From positions 11,779-75,778 of the forward strand of contig JAFGLL010000051.1 of the NCBI GenBank assembly GCA_016928095.1: 64,000 nucleotides of DNA, given 5' to 3'. Position 1 is the first letter of the stretch. Each line of letters starts with the position of its first letter. The notes under the pieces are model-generated. The model was not told the origin of the DNA. It ran no database searches and was given only the letters and a program-made list of their open reading frames with translations. Of the stretch, positions 6,901-14,972 are shown piece after piece. Source of the DNA: Thermoplasmatota archaeon (GTDB lineage: Archaea > Thermoplasmatota > Penumbrarchaeia > Penumbrarchaeales > Penumbrarchaeaceae). A program made the position numbers and the translations under genes.

Positions 6901-9591
6901 ATGCGACCATCCACGATAAGGACATTTGCGATCGTCATGGTCATAATGACAGCTGCACTTTTCGTACTGAACTTGGATGCTTCCGCTAAGTATACCCAGA
7001 TGGTCTCTTTCAGGGAAACCGAACAGGTTGCCAACCAAGATATCGATGGCCCTATTCCGGTGAACGGTGGTATCGATGGGTCCTCCGAAGACCCAAAGCA
7101 CATCTCTCTGTCGATCGAGAACATCCAGATATCGTCAATGGTGAACAAGAAGATCTTTCCGAACACACCAGTTGATTTCATCATTGATACAAAAGGCCCT
7201 TCACCCGAAGTGGTCACATTGTTCCTGGACAATAACCACCCTTCCATGAACATTACATACGATCTTGGTCGAAATACTGTATTGGTCTCCGAGAGCCTTT
7301 ACGATCTGATCAGGGTGGACATGGAAAGGACATCAGCAAAGTTCAATGCAACAAGTAGACACTGGGAGATACTCTTCGCCCTATCGTTCGATTGGACCTT
7401 CCCCAAGGACTTCACAAAGGACATAGAGGTCACCGTTGTCGATACCTATGGTAATCTTGATAATGAGATCCTCGAGGAAGCCTATACTTTTGAACCTGAT
7501 ATCGAGATCAGCGGAGAACCGATCATCATTGTGGATGACCCAAACATCCTGACCGATGACCTTTTCATTAAAGGGGGGGAGAATATACTCCTGAAGCAGA
7601 TCAGCATTCATTTCGAGGGAGTTCCGGAGGTATCACCTGACCCGGGTGATGTCACTATAGGTGTGGAGGATTCCTTTGGCAGGTTCTGGGAATATTCTCC
7701 CAGCTTGAGAGAACAGCTTGGAGCAGTCTCCTTCTCGTTACCTGTACCAAAAATAGATGGGCCCGACACTTTCGAGTTCGTGGTTATGGAGCACCCTTCC
7801 GGGTCTGTTGTCCATGGCGGGGCAAGGTTCGATCTTAAAATAGATTCAACACCACCTTCAATGGGAGATTTCAGATACAATTCCGTCGACGGGAACCTCT
7901 TCATGAGTTGGGCATTGAACGAGGAAGGTTCCGGATTGAGGACGCAGTCGATGAAGTATTCGATCCTCGATGGAGATGAGATGATAATACCTTGGACAGA
8001 TATTCCTTCCTCGGCATTGATCGATGATAGATTGAAGCTCGAGATCGATAATGTTGAAGGTGACGACCTGCAAGTAAGACTGAGCATGGCCGACAGGGTT
8101 GGCAATGATATCCCCCAGGACCAGATCTATTATGTAACAACGGACCCAGTCGTAGCCCATGACATATCCATCGATGGGCTGAGGTATTCTCCGAACACGA
8201 TAGTGATCAATCAGGTCATTACATTCTTTGCATCCGTCCACAATCATGGGACAGAGGATGAGGGCCAAATTCAGGTTGATGTCATGGAAGACGGGAATAT
8301 CCTGACCTATATGGAGCTGGACCTTCCTGCAGGTTCGACAAGAGAGATCAGATGGACCTGGAGAGCGACAGAGGGAACCTCATATTTCGAAGTATCACTG
8401 GATCCTCAGGGCAGGGTCCCGGACGAATACATGTCCGATAATATACTTCACTTCATTGTGGAACCGGACTATCTGGATGTAACAGCAAGGGAAGATTACA
8501 TGTTGCTTTCCGATTCAAATGCCCAAGACATGGATATAATTTCCATAACGTTCTCCATCAGGTCCATAGGCGGCATCGAAAGCGGACCGATCAAGGTCAT
8601 TTTCATGGAAGAAGACAAGTTTATGGGCATGTATCAGGTCCCTTCGATCTACAAGGAGGAGGCAAGAGAACTTGTAGTCTATTGGAAGGTCGATATTTCC
8701 GTCAGGAACCTTTCATTGATGATAGATCCCTATAATGAGATCCTTGAGTCGATCGAGGATAACAACCTGTTGGTATATCAAAATCCTTTCTTCCTGTTCA
8801 TTGAACCAACACCCGATGAGAATGTCCATATCGAAGAGGATGAGTATGATACACTCGAGGAAGAAGTGATCGATGAGGCGATGAACGGAGTGACCCCCTC
8901 CGGAGGCACGACCTGGAAAGGTGAGGAGATACCTCAAAAAGAGGAGGTAACGCAAGAAGGTTCTCCATCGTTACCTGTGATCATCTCTCCAACCCCGGAG
9001 GAACCCAAGATCATACCACCTTTGATCCTTCCCACCGTTGGTTTCATACTGGGTACTGGATTGTTCAGCCTTACCATATTCGGTCTCAGAAGTGAGGTTC
9101 TCAAATTCAAGCTGCTCGGTCTTCTCATACCTCTGTATTCAAAGATCAAGAAAAGCAAGATCGAGAAGGGGACCAGACACGAGATCCTCGGTTATCTGAA
9201 GGCCAAACCTGGCGCCAATTATTCGGAGCTAAAGAGGAACCTGGACCTCAACGACGGCTCTCTGGTACATCATCTTCGTGTACTGGAACGTGAGGATATG
9301 GTATATTCCAAGAAGATGGGGAAATACAAGCTCTTCTATGTGAGCAGTTATCGTAGACAGGCAACCATCAGGGATTATATATCACCGTTCCAGCTTAGGA
9401 TAATGGAGATAATACTGCAGAATCCCGGGATCGTCCCAAATAAACTTTCCAAGATCCTGGACCGAACCCAGACCGATATGTCCTACCATCTTGGTGAGCT
9501 CTCGAGGAATGGACTTCTTGAAAAAAGGAAGAAGGGGCGGAACATACATTATTTCATATCCGAAGAATATTCGGATATTCTCACGGTCTGA
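6901..9591 (+). CDS. Membrane-anchored protein: signal peptide, Ig-like/CARDB domains, TM helix, C-terminal tandem winged-helix DNA-binding domains
   Basis: Hydrophobic N-terminus; two CARDB-like repeats (VHNHGTEDE..LDPQGRVPDEYMSDN; IRSIGGIES..IDPYNEILESIEDNN); TM ~aa 706-731; RHEILGYLKAKPGANYSELKRNLDLNDGSLVHHLRVLE and FQLRIMEIILQNPG..MSYHLGELSRNGLL wHTHs. Confidence 0.8.
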   Translation: MRPSTIRTFAIVMVIMTAALFVLNLDASAKYTQMVSFRETEQVANQDIDGPIPVNGGIDGSSEDPKHISLSIENIQISSMVNKKIFPNTPVDFIIDTKGPSPEVVTLFLDNNHPSMNITYDLGRNTVLVSESLYDLIRVDMERTSAKFNATSRHWEILFALSFDWTFPKDFTKDIEVTVVDTYGNLDNEILEEAYTFEPDIEISGEPIIIVDDPNILTDDLFIKGGENILLKQISIHFEGVPEVSPDPGDVTIGVEDSFGRFWEYSPSLREQLGAVSFSLPVPKIDGPDTFEFVVMEHPSGSVVHGGARFDLKIDSTPPSMGDFRYNSVDGNLFMSWALNEEGSGLRTQSMKYSILDGDEMIIPWTDIPSSALIDDRLKLEIDNVEGDDLQVRLSMADRVGNDIPQDQIYYVTTDPVVAHDISIDGLRYSPNTIVINQVITFFASVHNHGTEDEGQIQVDVMEDGNILTYMELDLPAGSTREIRWTWRATEGTSYFEVSLDPQGRVPDEYMSDNILHFIVEPDYLDVTAREDYMLLSDSNAQDMDIISITFSIRSIGGIESGPIKVIFMEEDKFMGMYQVPSIYKEEARELVVYWKVDISVRNLSLMIDPYNEILESIEDNNLLVYQNPFFLFIEPTPDENVHIEEDEYDTLEEEVIDEAMNGVTPSGGTTWKGEEIPQKEEVTQEGSPSLPVIISPTPEEPKIIPPLILPTVGFILGTGLFSLTIFGLRSEVLKFKLLGLLIPLYSKIKKSKIEKGTRHEILGYLKAKPGANYSELKRNLDLNDGSLVHHLRVLEREDMVYSKKMGKYKLFYVSSYRRQATIRDYISPFQLRIMEIILQNPGIVPNKLSKILDRTQTDMSYHLGELSRNGLLEKRKKGRNIHYFISEEYSDILTV

Positions 9592-9596
9592 TCTTT

Positions 9597-10031
9597 TCAG
9601 CTTTTCCTGAGCATCTCGTAACTTGGATAGTGCAGAAGTCCTGCTATCAAGAGCTCCTCTATCACGTCTTCGATCAGGACCCGATCGTACCCTTCTTCGA
9701 TTAGATGGGTCAAAAGGTGTTCCCTGTCCATGTCCCTGTCCAAGACCTTCAAGATATACCTTCTCAGGCTATCTCTGCTTCTTCCCGAGGCATAATGGTC
9801 GACCGATCCCCTGTGCTCCGATATTTCTTCATGCAATATCTTATTCTCCCCACCTTCCCATTTAATGGCCTTCAGGGTAGCCTGCATCCTTTCAAGTGTA
9901 TCGAAGACACTTACGGGTGAGATCTTCATCATATCTATATGATGTGAGCATCTTAGGCATCTTGTGGTCTTCACGGGATAATGTCCACCCTGGAGGTTAC
10001 TGCAGAAAGGACACTTCACGATACAATACAT
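9597..10031 (-). CDS. Zinc-ribbon protein (DUF1922/DUF5817-like) with C-terminal helical or wHTH-like region
   Basis: CPFC..CLRC at the N-terminus; divergent from mcm. Confidence 0.6.
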   Translation of the reverse strand: MYCIVKCPFCSNLQGGHYPVKTTRCLRCSHHIDMMKISPVSVFDTLERMQATLKAIKWEGGENKILHEEISEHRGSVDHYASGRSRDSLRRYILKVLDRDMDREHLLTHLIEEGYDRVLIEDVIEELLIAGLLHYPSYEMLRKS

Positions 10032-10115
10032 GAAGGTCGATCGATCTGATGCCTGATAAATATTGACCTATCACTTTCTCATATCTCCCCCCGGGGCAAC
10101 CCCTTAACTGCCATT

Positions 10116-10128
10116 GTTTCCACTGGAA
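10116..10128 (-). promoter_or_regulatory. ORB (origin recognition box) core TTCCAGTGGAAAC, putative Orc1/Cdc6 binding site upstream of mcm
   Basis: Plus strand gtttccactggaa; the reverse complement matches the canonical euryarchaeal ORB core and continues AATGGCAGTTAAGGGG. Confidence 0.55.
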
Positions 10129-10206
10129 TGAGAGATGTAAAATACAGGTGCGGACCATGGACCCTGAAAAGGGGTCTTTTTTGGGTCCGTTCATAGGTGA
10201 AGGGTA

Positions 10207-12330
10207 ATGTCAAAGTATGTGGACCAGGAATATGTTTTCCAGCTCTGGCAGGAATATCTTCGATCGAGGGACCTATCCGATCAGATCCGGTACATCGCCG
10301 AATCATCACCAGAGATCAAGTCGTTGGTCCTGGAGTTCAACGATATCTTCAATGCGAGCGGCAACCTTGCAGAGATCGTTCTGGAACAGCCGGAGATGAC
10401 CCTGAAAGAGGGAGAAGTTGCCATCGCCAGTCTTCTGGACCCTGATCTGAATGTTCCAATAAACCTCAGGATAAAAGACCTTTACCGGAGCCAATGGATA
10501 AATATCAGGAAACTTCGCGCAGAAGATCTAACCCATTTCATAGCCATGGAAGGTATTGTCAGGAAGGCCACTGAAGTTCGACCGAAGTTGCTTCAGGGTG
10601 TCTTTTCATGTTCATCATGTGGCCATGAGCAGGAGATCGTACAGGAATCCTTTGTTTTCAGTGAACCGCTCGAATGCAACAAGGATGATGGAGGTTGCGG
10701 AAAGAGGACCGGGTCAACGACCTTCAAGTTCATCCCGCAGAGATCCAGGTTCATCGACTCCCAGAAGATAGAGATCCAGGAGATACCCGAGGACCTGAGA
10801 GGTGGAGACCAGCCTCAAAGGATATCCATCCTGTTAGAGGATGACACATGCGGCAAGGTTGCCCCGGGGGACAAGGTTAATTTGACGGGTATCCTGAAGG
10901 CAAAACAGAGGAAGGAAGGGCAGGTGAAGGCTACAGTGTTTGATATTTACCTTCAAGGCAACTATGTGAAGATGGACGACCAGGTATTCGACGAGATGAA
11001 CCTGTCCGAAGAGGATATCGATAGGGCGAAGATGCTGGCAAAGGACCCGGCCATCTACAAGAAGATCATCAGGTCCATAGCCCCCTCCATCTTCCGACTT
11101 GACCATATCAAGGAAGCACTCATGCTGCAACTGTTTGGAGGAGTGAACAAGGAATTCCCGGATGGTTCCAAAGGAAGAGGGGATATCCATATACTGCTCG
11201 TTGGGGACCCGGGAACTGCCAAGTCCCAACTGCTGACATATATGGCAAGGTTGGCACCGAGGGGGATATTCACATCCGGCAAGTCCGCGTCAGCGGCCGG
11301 CCTGACCGCAGCAGTGATCAAAGATGAGTTCGGTGAAGGTAGGTATACTCTCGAAGCTGGTGTCATGGTCCTGGCAGACAAGGGACTTGCATGCATAGAT
11401 GAGCTTGACAAGATGACTGATTCGGACCGTTCGGCCATGCATGAGGCCATGGAGCAGCAGACCGTTTCCATTGCCAAGGCCGGGATACAGTCGACGCTGC
11501 AGAGTCGTTGCTCCGTACTTGGGGCTGCCAATCCGAAACAGGGAAGGTTCAGAGCTGGAGAGGGAAGGCATGACCAGATAAATCTTCCTCCTCCTTTGAA
11601 ATCCAGGTTCGATCTTATTTTTACCATGACCGATGAACCCGATAACAAGAAGGACCGTGAGCTAGCCAGGTCCGTGATCAGGCATCACAGGATAGGAGAG
11701 ATCCGAAGACTATCACTCATCGGTGACAAGACATATGAGACAATGATCGATAACGAGGATCCCGAACTCAACGAGGCAATGCCCGCGATCGATCCGGAGG
11801 AGCTTCGTAAGTATGTTGCTTATTCTAAAAGGATCTGTTACCCTATTCTCACAGAGGAAGCCATGTCGGAGATCATTGATTTCTACGTATCACTCAGGGA
11901 GAGAAGTGCCGGACCAATGGGAGATTCCGGTAGGGTCGCATTGACGGCAAGGCAGCTGGAGGCTTTGATAAGAATGGCGGAGGCGTCAGCAAGGATAAGA
12001 CTCAGCAATACGGTCACGCTGGCAGATGCTAAAACATCGATAAGATTGATGGAGACCTCCCTGAAAGATGTGGCCATGACCGAATCGGGGGATTTTGACA
12101 TCGATGGAATAATGGGATCCGGTTTTAAAAGCCAGAAAGATAAGATGTACGAGATCATCAGCATCATCAGAGAATCGAAGACCAAGGAAGGCAGGATCAC
12201 CAGAAGCGACCTTGCACAAATTGCCAAGGACAGGAACATTACAGAGGCCGAACTTGATAGGTATCTGAAAAAGCTTCAGGATGAGGGTGCGATATTCGAA
12301 CCCCGATCAGGAGAGTTCAGTGTACTTTAG
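10207..12330 (+). CDS. mcm: Replicative helicase MCM (no intein)
   Basis: CSSC..C..C zinc finger; Walker A GDPGTAKSQLL; IDELDKM; LGAANP; SRFDL; TARQLEALIR; C-terminal wHTH. Confidence 0.98.
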   Translation: MSKYVDQEYVFQLWQEYLRSRDLSDQIRYIAESSPEIKSLVLEFNDIFNASGNLAEIVLEQPEMTLKEGEVAIASLLDPDLNVPINLRIKDLYRSQWINIRKLRAEDLTHFIAMEGIVRKATEVRPKLLQGVFSCSSCGHEQEIVQESFVFSEPLECNKDDGGCGKRTGSTTFKFIPQRSRFIDSQKIEIQEIPEDLRGGDQPQRISILLEDDTCGKVAPGDKVNLTGILKAKQRKEGQVKATVFDIYLQGNYVKMDDQVFDEMNLSEEDIDRAKMLAKDPAIYKKIIRSIAPSIFRLDHIKEALMLQLFGGVNKEFPDGSKGRGDIHILLVGDPGTAKSQLLTYMARLAPRGIFTSGKSASAAGLTAAVIKDEFGEGRYTLEAGVMVLADKGLACIDELDKMTDSDRSAMHEAMEQQTVSIAKAGIQSTLQSRCSVLGAANPKQGRFRAGEGRHDQINLPPPLKSRFDLIFTMTDEPDNKKDRELARSVIRHHRIGEIRRLSLIGDKTYETMIDNEDPELNEAMPAIDPEELRKYVAYSKRICYPILTEEAMSEIIDFYVSLRERSAGPMGDSGRVALTARQLEALIRMAEASARIRLSNTVTLADAKTSIRLMETSLKDVAMTESGDFDIDGIMGSGFKSQKDKMYEIISIIRESKTKEGRITRSDLAQIAKDRNITEAELDRYLKKLQDEGAIFEPRSGEFSVL

Positions 12331-12333
12331 GAT

Positions 12334-12663
12334 GTGAATAAGATGAACGAAGATCCATCGATCTCCATGAAATTGCATTCCATACAGGGACAACTGATAC
12401 TTGCAGCCTGTGATCGCCAACTTCTTGGAAGGAGACTGAATAATGGTGATGTTCCCTTTCCGATATCGCAGAACTTCTACGGTGGGGACACGGTCAATGA
12501 CGATACGTTCCTTAATATCATAAGCCACGTAACCTCGGCCAATATCGTAGGCAACCATTGTGTTGGTCTTCTAATGGAAAGTGGCGTGGTCGATCCATCG
12601 GCTGTGATGATAATAGATGATATAATGCATGTTCAGATATATTCGGTGGCAAAGGGGAAGTGA
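12334..12663 (+). CDS. DUF424 family protein
   Basis: ILAACDRQLLG, FYGG and ANIVGNHCV motifs; typical archaeal neighbour of mcm. Confidence 0.8.
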   Translation: MNKMNEDPSISMKLHSIQGQLILAACDRQLLGRRLNNGDVPFPISQNFYGGDTVNDDTFLNIISHVTSANIVGNHCVGLLMESGVVDPSAVMIIDDIMHVQIYSVAKGK

Positions 12664-12670
12664 TGCTATC

Positions 12671-13669
12671 ATGACCGCCCGGAACGTTGCATCGAATTTG
12701 ATACCTCTTTCCGTATGGAAGGAAAAGGATTCCATAGATCGCAAAGAGGCTGATGCCCTGGTCATGATCCTGAAGACCCGAGGGTGTTCCTGGGCAAAGA
12801 GGTCTGGATGTACGATGTGCGGGTACAACAGGATAGTCTATCCCGATGTAACCTCTTCTGACCTGAAAGAACAAGTGGAGCATGCAATGAAAAGCTACAA
12901 TGATGAACCCTATGTCAAGATATTCACGTCGGGTTCGTACCTTGATCCGTGGGAGATCCCTGCAGAAACCCAGGTTGAGATGTCCAGGGTGATTGGTGAG
13001 AAGGCACCCATGGCAAGATTATTGATAGAGTCAAGACCGGAGTTCATAGATCCTGATGGATTGGAAAGAATATCCCATAATGTTGATGCACTGGAGATAG
13101 CGGTCGGTCTTGAAACATCCTCGGATGAGATCAGGGCGGTCCATATTAAAAAGGGTTTTACCTGGTCGGATTACGTGAAGGGAGGACGTATTATCTGCGA
13201 TGCGGGTTGCCTTTTAAAGTCATATCTTCTGATGAAACCTCCCTTCCTTGGAGAGGCCAATGCCATACAGGATTGCATCACCTCGATAATGAGGGTGTCG
13301 GAGGTATTCCCAGGGTCCAGGATCTCTGTGAACCCGATGAACATCCAGTCCCAAACACCTGTGGAGGACCTGTTCCGGAAAGGCTTGTACAGACCACCGT
13401 GGTTGTGGAGCCTGTTGGAGGTTTTGGATAGAGGATATGAATATGCCGATGGTAATCATATCATGTCCTCTCCGACGGCCGGGGGTCGGAAGAGGGGAGC
13501 TCACAATTGCGGAGAATGTGATGAGGGGATACTTGGGGCGATCACTTCTTTTTCGATAGATAACGATCCCTCAAAACTGAAACATCATGACCATTACTGT
13601 AAGGAGGAATGGAAAGAGCACCTGATCGGTTCTGTATCACACCCCATTGATGGCGTTCTGGGGGATTGA
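12671..13669 (+). CDS. Archaeosine biosynthesis radical SAM protein RaSEA (TIGR01210-like)
   Basis: ILKTRGCSWAKRSGCTMCGY; KIFTSGSYLD; ESRPEF; AVGLET; YLLMKPPFL; YRPPWLWS; RGAHNCGECD. ATG 12671 preferred over 12629. Confidence 0.9.
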   Translation: MTARNVASNLIPLSVWKEKDSIDRKEADALVMILKTRGCSWAKRSGCTMCGYNRIVYPDVTSSDLKEQVEHAMKSYNDEPYVKIFTSGSYLDPWEIPAETQVEMSRVIGEKAPMARLLIESRPEFIDPDGLERISHNVDALEIAVGLETSSDEIRAVHIKKGFTWSDYVKGGRIICDAGCLLKSYLLMKPPFLGEANAIQDCITSIMRVSEVFPGSRISVNPMNIQSQTPVEDLFRKGLYRPPWLWSLLEVLDRGYEYADGNHIMSSPTAGGRKRGAHNCGECDEGILGAITSFSIDNDPSKLKHHDHYCKEEWKEHLIGSVSHPIDGVLGD

Positions 13670-13785
13670 AAACACCCGAAGAACTTCAAAACTGTTTTTT
13701 TTTAAATCGCTTAAAAGACAATGAATAGAAAAATATTATCTACTAACGTACCATTCGTGAATTAAATGGCCATCTGGTGGTTATC

Positions 13786-14754
13786 ATGAGCTTCGACGAA
13801 AAAATCGAGTTCGATATGGATGATGAAGGTGGTAGAAGAAGAGAAAGGCCGAGATCATCATCATCAAAAAAGAAGGTACTATCAAAAAAGAGATCCAAAC
13901 CTAAGACTACTAAAACATCAGAAAAGAAGAAAGAAGAAGTGGAAGAAGTAGAAGAAGAAGAACGCCCCCCCAAGAAAAAAGCAACACCTTCAATAACAGC
14001 CAAGAGAAATCCGGTACCCGATGGAATAAAGAGAAAACTGGCCATGGACCTTCGCGAGATGAAGAACCTTAAAAAACAACTCAAAGAACTTGAAGATGAG
14101 AGAGGATCTTACGAGCATGAAATGGAACTTCTCGAGGATGAAATTGACAGTGTTCGCTCCGAGAAGGAAAGATTGGAAGATGAGGTCAATAACAAGATAG
14201 CACTTGTCGGGGCTTATGAGAAAAAACTCAACAGGAACCAGAAGGATTTCGATAACATCAGGAAGAGGATGCAATCAGATGTGGACCGACAGGTCAAACA
14301 GGATCAAAAAAAGGTCCTCATCGGGCTAATAGAGATAATCGATAATCTGGACAGAGCGATCCTGGAGGGAAGGAAGTATGATTACAAACCCGAGGTCTCC
14401 TTGATCATGGATGGCCTCGATTCCATAAAAAAGAACATGTTGAAGGTCCTCTCGGACACAAATGTTGAAATGTTGGACCCGATCAATGTTGCCTTCGATC
14501 CACACTTCCATGAAGCTATCGACATGGTGACGGATACTTCTGTACCGGACAAAACTGTGATAAGTGTACAATCCAAGGGGTATGTCATGGGAGATATTGT
14601 CCTCAGACCTGCGAAAGTAAATGTATCACGGGGTGGCGAACCCCGCAAAAAGGTGTCGAAAAAGAAGGAAGAAGGTTCGGAAGAAGAGGAGATACCCGAT
14701 CTTGACGAGGTCGAGGAGGAGCTTGAGGACATAGAGGAGCTGGATTCGGAGTGA
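13786..14754 (+). CDS. grpE: Nucleotide exchange factor GrpE with long charged N-terminal extension
   Basis: DFDNIRKR; IDNLDRAI; FDPHFHEAI; KGYVMGDIVLRPAKVNVS; first gene before dnaK. Confidence 0.9.
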   Translation: MSFDEKIEFDMDDEGGRRRERPRSSSSKKKVLSKKRSKPKTTKTSEKKKEEVEEVEEEERPPKKKATPSITAKRNPVPDGIKRKLAMDLREMKNLKKQLKELEDERGSYEHEMELLEDEIDSVRSEKERLEDEVNNKIALVGAYEKKLNRNQKDFDNIRKRMQSDVDRQVKQDQKKVLIGLIEIIDNLDRAILEGRKYDYKPEVSLIMDGLDSIKKNMLKVLSDTNVEMLDPINVAFDPHFHEAIDMVTDTSVPDKTVISVQSKGYVMGDIVLRPAKVNVSRGGEPRKKVSKKKEEGSEEEEIPDLDEVEEELEDIEELDSE

Positions 14755-14972
14755 TCTAATGGTATGGGGGGTCAACTCGGTTGGGTATTTGAGTTGCTGG
14801 CTCCGGTCCAAGATCACCTCCATGTGAGATCTCTTTCATTGATGAACGTAGAAACATATAAATAGTATTGTAATGTTGAAACAAATCCGTTGGATAATAG
14901 CAATATCCGTGGTCTTTGAAAATTACTCGATAATGGTGTATCCATTCATAAGATATTAGGAGGGTGATGAGC

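Noticed and set aside
13670-14972. CIRCE or other heat-shock operator upstream of grpE/dnaK
   Set aside because: No TTAGCACTC-N9-GAGTGCTAA; only a weak 5-bp inverted repeat GGATA-N7-TATCC near 14892, which is likely chance
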